Positions 15,199 to 21,884 are shown, counted from the first letter of the stretch. The stretch is 32,000 nt of DNA from Candidatus Intestinimonas stercoravium (GCA_019117605.1 DWZK01000076.1:1962-33961), one strand, 5' to 3'. Translations and numbers: made by a program. The notes: a model not told the origin generated them from the letters alone.

Positions 15199-15504
15199 TC
15201 AAATTCCGTACTTGGCTACATATTCGCCGTAGCTCATATGCTGGGCCCTGGCCCTGACAGCGATCTGCCCCAGGGAAGGCGCGGAGGGCCGCTCGCCGGT
15301 CCCGCGCTGTTTCATCACGCCGTCTTCGCGCTGTTTCTCCGCCACTCGGGCCTTGCTCTTCCGCTGGGTCTCCCGGCGCACGGTGGTCCGGCACTGGACG
15401 CAGTATCTGGATCTGGGATAGCCCGTGCAGGTCTTCCCGCATATCTGACAAGTATATGTGATCCCGTCCGCCCCGCCTCCCCTTTCAACGTCTCCAGGGC
15501 CCAC
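15199..15504 (-). CDS. Zinc-ribbon protein (CxxC...CxxC). The start is unresolved.
   Basis: The reading ...ITYTCQICGKTCTGYPRSRYCVQCRTT...MSYGEYVAKYGI looks like real protein. No convincing RBS or start lies upstream, and it overlaps the next ORF in the -1 frame. Confidence 0.45.
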   Translation of the reverse strand: MGPGDVERGGGADGITYTCQICGKTCTGYPRSRYCVQCRTTVRRETQRKSKARVAEKQREDGVMKQRGTGERPSAPSLGQIAVRARAQHMSYGEYVAKYGI

Positions 15505-15623
15505 TGGATGGCCCTGGCCACCTCCTGGTGTTCCTCTTTTCGGGCCGGGTCGGCCCGCATGAGGGCCAGATGGCGGAGACGCTCCGCCTCCAGGAGCTGT
15601 ATCTTCCGTTCGTCCATACCCAT
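15315..15623 (-). CDS. Small helical ORF coupled to the dnaB stop. The 3' half is probably not translated as drawn.
   Basis: ATG 15623 overlaps the dnaB TGA. The first ~50 aa (MGMDERKIQLLEAERLRHLALMRADPARKEEHQEVARAIQWALETLKGE) look real. The remainder is Arg/Pro/Ala-rich, typical of off-frame translation. Confidence 0.35.
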   Translation of the reverse strand: MGMDERKIQLLEAERLRHLALMRADPARKEEHQEVARAIQWALETLKGEAGRTGSHILVRYAGRPARAIPDPDTASSAGPPCAGRPSGRARPEWRRNSAKTA

Positions 15624-16969
15624 CACCTTTCTTCGATCCGCAGCTGTTCCGGGATATCGGCCGGCCGCCGGTAGGACATCCCCGTGATCCGGCTGGAGGC
15701 CAGGGCGAAAGCCAGCTTACAACTGCCTACCATGCCGTGCCGGTTCTTGGCCAAGTCCACATCCAAGAGGGATGGGATGTTGGGGTCCACGGTACTGCGG
15801 TCAGCGTAGTAATCCTCCCGGTAGAGGAAGATCACACCATCGGCATCCTGTTCCAGGGCGCCGGTGTCCCGCAGGTCGGAGAGCTGGGGCCGCTTGTCCT
15901 GCCGGGCCTCCACCTCTCGATTGAGCTGACAGAGGACCAGCAGAGGCACTTTGAGGGTCCGTGCCAGGTCCTTCAGTGCTCCTGAGATCTCTGTGGTGTA
16001 CTCATACCGCCCATACCGGCGGGACCCCGCAGGCGGCAAGATCTTGCCGAAATAGTCCACCACGATGAGCCGCAGGCCGCCGATGCTCCGCGCCAGAGCG
16101 CCGATGTCATCCACCGTCACCGTAGAGGCCGCGTTGGACCAGAGGGACAGCTGAGCCAGTGCTCGGGACGCCTGGGCCACTTTGGACTCCTCCTCCTCGC
16201 TGAGAGACTGCATCAGGAGCCGCTGAGTGGGGATCCCCGTGACGCGGGAGATCCGCTTGGCGGATAGCTGCTCCGTGTCCATCTCCAGGGAGACGAAGAG
16301 CACCGGGTCCGCCTGGGCCACCCGGTCGGCGATGTTGAGGGCTAGAGTGGTCTTGCCCATGCCGGGCCGGGCGGCCAGCAGGTAGAGGCCCGAGTTGAGC
16401 ATCCCGCCCCCCAGCAGCGTGTCCAGCGCCATATACCCTGTGCAGACGTAGCCCTTGGCGTCCCCGGCCTCCACGGCCTCCCGCTGGCGGTAAAAGGCCA
16501 GGATGCTCTCCGTTGGGGAGACCAGCCTGCCTGCGCTGCCCTGGGCGGCCAGGTCGTCCAGATCCCGCCATGCGGCGGCCTGGATGGCGGCGGGGTCCTC
16601 CCCGCCCTCTACCCGCTCCTGGATGCGGCCTCCCAAGTCCCGCAGGGCCTCCCACTGTCGGGCCTTCCTGACGCCATCCACATACTCCATCACGTTGGCA
16701 GCGGTCGGGGTGATCTCCATGAGCTCCAGGACATACTGGCTGGAGATCTGGGTCCCCAGCTCCCGTGCGCGGCCCAGGGCGGTCACCGAGTCGATCGGCT
16801 GTCCCGTCCGCTCCAGATCCAGGGCCGCCTCATAGAGGGCTCGGTCAGCCTCCAGGCGGAAGTCCGTGGGCCGGAGCTCCCGCTCCACCTCCGGCAGGCA
16901 TCTGCTGTCCAGCAGGATGGAACCGATCACGCTCTGCTCGGCCAGGAGCTCGTAGGTACGCTCAACCAT
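15623..16969 (-). CDS. dnaB: Replicative DNA helicase, DnaB family
   Basis: 448 aa. N-terminal AEQSVIGSILLD..., Walker A AARPGMGKTT, and C-terminal RecA-like motifs (IVVDYF, LCQLNRE). Confidence 0.9.
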   Translation of the reverse strand: MVERTYELLAEQSVIGSILLDSRCLPEVERELRPTDFRLEADRALYEAALDLERTGQPIDSVTALGRARELGTQISSQYVLELMEITPTAANVMEYVDGVRKARQWEALRDLGGRIQERVEGGEDPAAIQAAAWRDLDDLAAQGSAGRLVSPTESILAFYRQREAVEAGDAKGYVCTGYMALDTLLGGGMLNSGLYLLAARPGMGKTTLALNIADRVAQADPVLFVSLEMDTEQLSAKRISRVTGIPTQRLLMQSLSEEEESKVAQASRALAQLSLWSNAASTVTVDDIGALARSIGGLRLIVVDYFGKILPPAGSRRYGRYEYTTEISGALKDLARTLKVPLLVLCQLNREVEARQDKRPQLSDLRDTGALEQDADGVIFLYREDYYADRSTVDPNIPSLLDVDLAKNRHGMVGSCKLAFALASSRITGMSYRRPADIPEQLRIEER

Positions 16970-17741
16970 CTGGGACCATCACCTCCTCTCCGTCTACGAT
17001 CTCTGTGTGCCACCCGGTGAGCTGCCTGGCCTGGGTCTTGGCGGGGGCCCTGCCGCCCTTGGGGGCGGGCTCGTCCAGCCAGCGCTGGTTCCGCAAGTAC
17101 CGGCAGGCGTAGGGCGCGGGCCAATCCCCAGACTCGACCTGCCGCTTGAGGGCGCGGGCGATGGTATCGATAAGGGCGTCGTCTGGCTTGAGCCTGTCCC
17201 ATTCCCTGACGGCGGACACCCGGTCCTCGTGGCGGGGGTAGTAGTTCCAGAATGCCTCGAACCGCTCCGGCTTCCAGCTGGGGACGCTTTTGCTTTTTCG
17301 CTTTTTGAGCTGTCCCCCTTGGGGGACTATAGGGGGTATCTGTTCTATACTTGTACTATTCTCTCCGACATTTTTGTCAGGAGGGGTATGGACGATCCCG
17401 TCGGGAGGGGTCCCGACATTTTTGTCGGGAGGGGGCGCTGTTTCTCCCCGCTCGTATACGGCGGATATCCGCCGCTCCAGCACCTCCTGCGTGCTCTCAT
17501 CCCGGATCACGTCCACCCGCAGGTAGCCCCGCTCCACCAGCACCGCAAGGAGCCGGGTGACGCTTCGCTCTGACAGGCCGAACAGTTCTGAGAAGTAGCT
17601 GTTCTTTGCATAGCAGTACCCAAGCTTGTCCGAGAGCGCCGTCACCTCTCCATAGAGGAGCTTGGCATTAGGAGGCAGGTCCCGATCGTAGCGGACAGAT
17701 GCGGGGATGACAGCCCAGTAGGCCGGCCGCTCTGTGCCCAT
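16962..17741 (-). CDS. Phage replisome organizer / DnaD-like replication initiator with an N-terminal winged HTH
   Basis: N-terminal ...LLYGEVTALSDKLGYCYAKNSYFSELFGLSERSVTRLLAVLVERGYL... Lies directly upstream of dnaB and overlaps it. Contains internal DNA repeats. Confidence 0.7.
   Translation of the reverse strand: MGTERPAYWAVIPASVRYDRDLPPNAKLLYGEVTALSDKLGYCYAKNSYFSELFGLSERSVTRLLAVLVERGYLRVDVIRDESTQEVLERRISAVYERGETAPPPDKNVGTPPDGIVHTPPDKNVGENSTSIEQIPPIVPQGGQLKKRKSKSVPSWKPERFEAFWNYYPRHEDRVSAVREWDRLKPDDALIDTIARALKRQVESGDWPAPYACRYLRNQRWLDEPAPKGGRAPAKTQARQLTGWHTEIVDGEEVMVPDG
17365..17434. repeat. Iteron-like repeats inside the replisome organizer gene
   Basis: CCGACATTTTTGTC(A/G)GGAGGGG occurs at 17365-17386 and 17413-17434. 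A partial copy, GTCGGGAGGGG, lies at 17400-17410, giving a 24-nt sub-period. An adjacent inverted repeat GTCCCCC-TT-GGGGGAC (17312-17327) and an AT-rich patch (17336-17364) are also present. Confidence 0.65.
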
Positions 17742-17754
17742 ACCGCCACCCTCC

Positions 17755-17976
17755 TCACAAGATGTACTCGACCCAGCCCGGCAGCCCTATGGCCACCAGG
17801 ACTGAGCCCAGGAAAATGGTGCAGTCCCCCAGGGCGCGCAGCCGCCGGCGGCGCGCCCTCCGGTCCGTTCTCCGCCCCGCCCGGCGTCCAGCGCTGGGGG
17901 CGGCTCTTCCCCCGCGGCATCCGCTCCGTTCCGTTCCGGCGGGCCGCCGATCCGCGTCCTGTATATCCTGTAGCAT
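17755..17976 (-). CDS. Small Arg-rich protein with a C-terminal hydrophobic helix (73 aa)
   Basis: AGAAGGAGGAACGTC precedes ATG 17976. Product MLQDIQDADRRPAGTERSG...RRLRALGDCTIFLGSVLVAIGLPGWVEYIL. Its stop sits inside the RBS of the next gene. Confidence 0.45.
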   Translation of the reverse strand: MLQDIQDADRRPAGTERSGCRGGRAAPSAGRRAGRRTDRRARRRRLRALGDCTIFLGSVLVAIGLPGWVEYIL

Positions 17977-18158
17977 GACGTTCCTCCTTCTGTATGATGC
18001 CCGTGCCGCTCCTGGCGCGGCGGGTCGCGGTGACGCCCGGAGGCGAGGCGCCCTGCCCGGGGGAAAGTTCCGGGTCCCGCCTGGTCCCCGCCGCTCCAGC
18101 GGCGGCACGGTACAGCTCGTCCACTCTGCACCGCCTCTGTGGCGGTGCAGCTCCCTGC

Positions 18159-18461
18159 TCACCAGATGCCCTGGTCGATAAGGCACTTGACTGCCACCTC
18201 CTGGATGTGGCGGCGGCCTGCGGCCCGCTCCTCTTCGGTGGGCTGGATATCCTTGTGCATGGTATAGCATTTCGTGACCCCCATCTTGGGCCCATAGTCG
18301 ATGAAGGTCGCGGCATCCGCCAGGAAAGGCGTGCCAGTGGGGTCGATCCGTGTGTCTATGTAAGAGTCCAGGCCCTCCCGCCGTGTGATCGTCACATCGT
18401 AGGTCTTTCCGCAAATAGTGCGGACCAAATGTTCGACCGTCTCAACGACTGCCATTTCCAT
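18159..18461 (-). CDS. Hypothetical protein (100 aa)
   Basis: GGAGGTGAT precedes ATG 18461. Product MEMAVVETVEHLVRTICGKTYDVTITRREGLDSYID... No family recognised. Confidence 0.5.
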   Translation of the reverse strand: MEMAVVETVEHLVRTICGKTYDVTITRREGLDSYIDTRIDPTGTPFLADAATFIDYGPKMGVTKCYTMHKDIQPTEEERAAGRRHIQEVAVKCLIDQGIW

Positions 18462-18498
18462 ATCACCTCCATCCAGACTATTCCGCCCCCTGCTTGTC

Positions 18499-18951
18499 CT
18501 ATCCCCCGCCCTCCCTGGCACACCGCACCGCCAGAGCGGCCTCCACGATCCGTCCCAGATCGGCCACGATGCTGTCGAAGGCCTCCCGTTCGCTCTGGTC
18601 TATGATACCGTCCTTCCCGATACGCAGCAGCTCCCTGTCCCGGTGTTCCTCGACGAAGTCGTAGATCAGATCCAGGAGCTCCATGATCGCCTCGGGGAGA
18701 CGCAGCTCCCGCACATCCGGAACGATGCTGCGTGCTGTCTCCGCGCTGGCCCGCAGGTGCTGGATGCCCAGCAGCTGTGAGTCATAGGCGAGGACCATCA
18801 GGTCCACCACCTCATTGGGCGGTACCCGCTGCCCAGTCTCGTAGGCCCGGATAGAGCTGTCCGAGATCCCCAGCTTTTCGGCAGCCGCTTCCTGTGTCAG
18901 TCCCTTCGCCTCCCGGGCGATCTTGTAGATGTTCCGCTTGTCCTGCGGCAT
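18499..18951 (-). CDS. XRE-family HTH regulator with a C-terminal helical domain
   Basis: ...IAREAKGLTQEAAAEKLGISDSSIRAYETGQRVPP... is a classic Cro/C1-type HTH. AGGAGAGGA RBS is present. Confidence 0.75.
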   Translation of the reverse strand: MPQDKRNIYKIAREAKGLTQEAAAEKLGISDSSIRAYETGQRVPPNEVVDLMVLAYDSQLLGIQHLRASAETARSIVPDVRELRLPEAIMELLDLIYDFVEEHRDRELLRIGKDGIIDQSEREAFDSIVADLGRIVEAALAVRCAREGGG

Positions 18952-18993
18952 GGTGTTCCTCTCCTTCCTGGAGTATGATGATAGTGGAGCGGG

Positions 18994-19203
18994 TCAGCAG
19001 GCATCGGTAGCCGGCCGGATGAGGCGGATGGTCCCGTCCTGCCGGCACACCACTAGGGCGGTATCATAATCTCGATCCACGATCCGCACTGCGTTCCGGG
19101 TGACGACCTCCACGCTCCGGATCTCGTCCGGTTGGAACTGCCCTTCAAGCCACTTCCTGAGCTTGCGCTGTTCTGATGTCTGAGCGGTAAACATAGGTAG
19201 CAT
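18994..19203 (-). CDS. Hypothetical small protein (66-69 aa)
   Basis: ORF sits between two HTH genes. A GAGGAAGG RBS suggests the start may be the second ATG, at 19194. Confidence 0.45.
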   Translation of the reverse strand: MLPMFTAQTSEQRKLRKWLEGQFQPDEIRSVEVVTRNAVRIVDRDYDTALVVCRQDGTIRLIRPATDAC

Positions 19204-19209
19204 CCTTCC

Positions 19210-19443
19210 TCAACTGACACTTTTCTCCCCTGCTCTAGGCAGCTCCCGACCGTAGAGGGCATCAATGGAGCAATGGAGAGCGACCGCCAGCTGAGGAGCC
19301 AGCGACCACTTGGGGTCTGAGATCCCACGCTCCCACTTGCCTACGGCCTGCTGGCAGACACCCAGCTTCTGGGCCAGGGCGGCCTGGGAGAGCCCCTGCT
19401 GTTCCCGCAGCGTCCGGATGTTGTTTCCCACGGTTTTGATCAC
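19210..19443 (-). CDS. Cro-like XRE-family HTH regulator
   Basis: ...IRTLREQQGLSQAALAQKLGVCQQAVGKWERGISDP... First gene downstream of a consensus promoter and divergent from the repressor. Exact start is uncertain (GTG 19443 or GTG 19431). Confidence 0.75.
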   Translation of the reverse strand: MIKTVGNNIRTLREQQGLSQAALAQKLGVCQQAVGKWERGISDPKWSLAPQLAVALHCSIDALYGRELPRAGEKSVS

Positions 19444-19454
19444 CTCCGCTTCGC

Positions 19455-19468
19455 AACCTATGGTTGTT
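19455..19468. promoter_or_regulatory. Candidate operator half of an inverted pair
   Basis: CCTATGGTTGTT (19457-19468) matches the reverse complement of AACAACCATTGG (19537-19548) at 11 of 12 positions. It lies just downstream of the lytic -10. Confidence 0.45.
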
Positions 19469-19477
19469 TACATGGCC

Positions 19478-19506
19478 ACTATATCACTACTTTTAGTTGC
19501 TGTCAA
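19478..19506 (-). promoter_or_regulatory. Early lytic promoter (sigma-70 type)
   Basis: On the minus strand: TTGACA (19506-19501), a 17-nt spacer, then TATAGT (19483-19478). Confidence 0.7.
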
Positions 19507-19527
19507 CCCCTTTTTGTGTCCTTCCTA

Positions 19528-19556
19528 TTGCTTACAACAACCATTGGTAGTATAGT
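19528..19556 (+). promoter_or_regulatory. Repressor (lysogeny) promoter
   Basis: TTGCTT (19528-19533), a 17-nt spacer, then TATAGT (19551-19556), 24 nt upstream of ATG 19580. Confidence 0.65.
19537..19548. promoter_or_regulatory. Candidate operator inside the spacer of the repressor promoter
   Basis: AACAACCATTGG is the partner of the 19457-19468 site. It has internal dyad ACCA/TGGT. Confidence 0.45.
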
Positions 19557-19579
19557 TTGGGGTGAAAGGGGGTGAACGC

Positions 19580-20203
19580 ATGTTCGGTCAACGTCTGAAA
19601 GCCCTGCGCGCAGTCCATCAGATCTCCCAGAAAGACCTTGCGTCGCAGTTGTTTGTGAGCCCACAGGCTGTTGGAAAGTGGGAACGTGAGGAGGCCACTC
19701 CTAACCCGGAGACAGTACGCAAGCTCTCCGAACTTTTCGATGTCTCCGCCGACTACCTGTTGGGCCGGGAGATGAGCCCGAACGTAAGCCCCGCGTCCCA
19801 CACGCTGCGGGTCCCGGTGCTGGGCGTGATCCAGGCCGGAGTGCCCATGGACGCCATTGAGGACATCCTGGACTGGGAGGAGGTCCCCGCCTCCTGGGCC
19901 AGCGGAGGCCGGGAGTACTTTGGCCTGCGGGTGAAGGGGGACAGCATGTACCCCAAGTACCTGGAGGGGGACACGGTGATCCTGCGCAGGGACAGCATCT
20001 GCGACAGCGGCGACGACTGCGCGGTGCTGGTCAACGGCGACGCAGCTACCCTGAAGCAGGTGCTCCTGCGGGAGGACGGCGCGGTGGAGCTGCGCCCGGT
20101 GAACCCCACCTATCCGCCCCGCACCTACTCCCCCGCTGAAGTGGAGTCCCTGCCGGTGCAGGTTATCGGCGTAGTGGTGGAGCTGCGCCGTAAAATTAAA
20201 TAA
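19580..20203 (+). CDS. CI/LexA-like phage repressor (XRE HTH plus S24 self-cleaving peptidase domain)
   Basis: N-terminal ...ISQKDLASQLFVSPQAVGKWEREEATP... C-terminal ...YFGLRVKGDSMYPKYLEGDTVILRRD...DCAVLVNGDAATLKQV... gives the Ser/Lys dyad context of S24 peptidases. AAGGGGG RBS precedes ATG 19580. Confidence 0.85.
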   Translation: MFGQRLKALRAVHQISQKDLASQLFVSPQAVGKWEREEATPNPETVRKLSELFDVSADYLLGREMSPNVSPASHTLRVPVLGVIQAGVPMDAIEDILDWEEVPASWASGGREYFGLRVKGDSMYPKYLEGDTVILRRDSICDSGDDCAVLVNGDAATLKQVLLREDGAVELRPVNPTYPPRTYSPAEVESLPVQVIGVVVELRRKIK

Positions 20204-20209
20204 AAACGA

Positions 20210-20226
20210 TGTCCAAGTCGGACACC
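20210..20226. repeat. Palindromic box TGTCCAAGTCGGACACC, copy 1
   Basis: Lies between the repressor stop (20203) and the exonuclease start (20246). Nearly identical to the box at 21843-21861. Confidence 0.6.
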
Positions 20227-20245
20227 GGATGTCAGGAGTGCTTTT

Positions 20246-21205
20246 ATGGAGCTGTTCGACTTTGTGGCGGTGGACTTTGAGACCGCCACACGCCAATACA
20301 ACAGTGCCTGTTCCATCGGAATTGCCGCCGTGAAAGACGGAGAAGTCGTCGAAAACTTCTACTCCTTGATCCAGCCTCCAAACCTGGAATTTGAACCGGA
20401 TAATATCCAGATTCACGGTATTACGCCGGAGATGGTCAAAAATGCACCAACATTTGATGATGTCTGGCCCAATATCCAGAAGTTCTTCGGTCCTCACCTT
20501 GTAATCGCCCATAATGCCCGGTTTGATATGCTGGTATTGAAACATTCTCTGGGCTGGTTCCGCCCGGAAGATTTTCACTATGTGGACTCTGTATCCATTG
20601 CGAAGGACTTCGTTCCCGGCAGCAAATCTCTCGCACACTGCGTCCAACATTTCGGTATTGAAATGGGATGTCACCACAATGCTCTGGATGACGCCCTTGC
20701 CTGTGCCAATGTGGTACAGTGCTGTCTGAATGCCTCTGACGCCAAAAACATCGGTCAGCTCTGCTTTTCTCAGCCCAATATCAAGATCCATTTGTTTTCT
20801 GAGCTGTCTGATTCGGAGCGAGAGTTCAGCACCCGGAAGAAATCCTCAACGCCGGTTTGGAAACGGACCTCCGCCGTCCGACCGGCCGATATTACCCCTT
20901 GTACCGACTCATTCTGCTGTGCACATCCGCTCTACCAGAAGAACATCGTGTTCACCGGCGAACTGTCCATAGACCGGGCCGTCGCCATGCAGATGGCCGT
21001 GGATGTGGGAGCAGTGGTCAAATCCGGTGTCTCCGGGAAAACCGACTATCTGGTGGTGGGAACGCAGGATCTGGCGTTGGTGGGCGCGGACGGTATGAGC
21101 AGCAAAGAGGAAAAGGCCTATGCCCTGAATCAGACGGGCAAGGCACACATCAAGATCATCCGCGAACAGGAGTTCATCGACCTGGTTCGCGCCGTGGAGG
21201 TTTGA
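20246..21205 (+). CDS. DEDDh (DnaQ/epsilon-like) 3'-5' exonuclease fused to a C-terminal BRCT domain
   Basis: ExoI VAVDFETA, ExoII IAHNARFDMLVL, ExoIII HHNALDDALACANV. C-terminal IVFTGELS..DRAVAMQMAVDVGAVVKSGVSGKTDYLVVG is a ligase-type BRCT pattern. CAGGAG RBS lies 7 nt before the ATG. Confidence 0.8.
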   Translation: MELFDFVAVDFETATRQYNSACSIGIAAVKDGEVVENFYSLIQPPNLEFEPDNIQIHGITPEMVKNAPTFDDVWPNIQKFFGPHLVIAHNARFDMLVLKHSLGWFRPEDFHYVDSVSIAKDFVPGSKSLAHCVQHFGIEMGCHHNALDDALACANVVQCCLNASDAKNIGQLCFSQPNIKIHLFSELSDSEREFSTRKKSSTPVWKRTSAVRPADITPCTDSFCCAHPLYQKNIVFTGELSIDRAVAMQMAVDVGAVVKSGVSGKTDYLVVGTQDLALVGADGMSSKEEKAYALNQTGKAHIKIIREQEFIDLVRAVEV

Positions 21206-21208
21206 GCT

Positions 21209-21739
21209 TTGGAAGGACAAATTTCTTTGACCGACCTTTCCACCCGGCCGGAGGCCCAGGAGCTGGCCTGGCTAGAGGACGCCATGCCCGCCATGCGCAC
21301 CGCCGTGAAGAACCGCGGTGGTATCCCGGATCTGCTGGTGCGCAGCGCCGTCAAGTCCTACACTGCGGTGTTGTTCTGTAACTTCACCGTATTCCGCCTT
21401 CGTCTGCGGGGAAAGCAGCCCAGCATTGCGGTCCCCCTGCTCTTCTCCGACCTGCTTCCGGAGGGCGCCCCCCAGAAACGGGTGAGCTCTGAGCCGAAGT
21501 ATATCCGTCTTTTGATCGACGCGGAACATCCCATTGACTTCTATGCCCCCTTCCTCGCTCAAATCGCGGGAGCCACGGTGGACCGCTATCCCAAGGAGTG
21601 GGACTGCTGCTCCCGCTATCTGGAGTGCAGCAACGCCGGCAGCTGTACCCACCCGGACAAGGCCTTTGCCATGCAGTGCGGCTACCGCAAGATCCTGAGC
21701 AGCGGGCGCATTTTCTTCGGCGAAAAGCGGAACGTGTGA
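21209..21739 (+). CDS. Uncharacterised protein with a C-terminal Cys cluster, translationally coupled to the exonuclease gene
   Basis: TTG 21209 lies 8 nt after GGAGG (21196-21200) and 3 nt after the exonuclease TGA. C-terminus reads ...WDCCSRYLECSNAGSCTHPDKAFAMQCGYRKILSSGRIFFGEKRN. No family name recalled. Confidence 0.55.
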   Translation: MEGQISLTDLSTRPEAQELAWLEDAMPAMRTAVKNRGGIPDLLVRSAVKSYTAVLFCNFTVFRLRLRGKQPSIAVPLLFSDLLPEGAPQKRVSSEPKYIRLLIDAEHPIDFYAPFLAQIAGATVDRYPKEWDCCSRYLECSNAGSCTHPDKAFAMQCGYRKILSSGRIFFGEKRNV

Positions 21740-21842
21740 CAGAGTTCATGAAGTTCAAAAACCGGGAGCCGTACAAGAACTGTTTGATGCCGTTCTCGCC
21801 CGTAGCCTCACCCCCTGTGCAAAGTAAATCCACGACTGAACC

Positions 21843-21861
21843 GGTGTCCAAGTTGGACACC
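21843..21861. repeat. Palindromic box GGTGTCCAAGTTGGACACC, copy 2
   Basis: Perfect 9+1+9 palindrome, 24 nt upstream of the MNT start codon. Confidence 0.6.
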
Positions 21862-21884
21862 ACCACACTGGAAAGGAACCTGCT

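Noticed and set aside
17642-18414. Long minus-strand ORFs of 224 and 219 aa, and plus-strand ORFs 17762..18181 and 17994..18605
   Set aside because: Their products are Arg/Pro/Gly/Ala-rich, with no RBS, and they overlap each other and better-supported genes. Only the 73-aa tail of one (17755..17976) has a credible RBS and hydrophobic helix.
19532-20791. 419-aa minus-strand ORF
   Set aside because: It is antisense to the CI-like repressor and the exonuclease genes. Both have clear catalytic or HTH motifs and their own RBSs.
21740-21884. Small ORF MKFKNREPYKNCLMPFSP... between the cargo operons (part of track ORF 21598..22089)
   Set aside because: It has no RBS. It runs into and overlaps the MNT gene out of frame, and it crosses the palindromic box. 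It is more likely a non-coding regulatory spacer.
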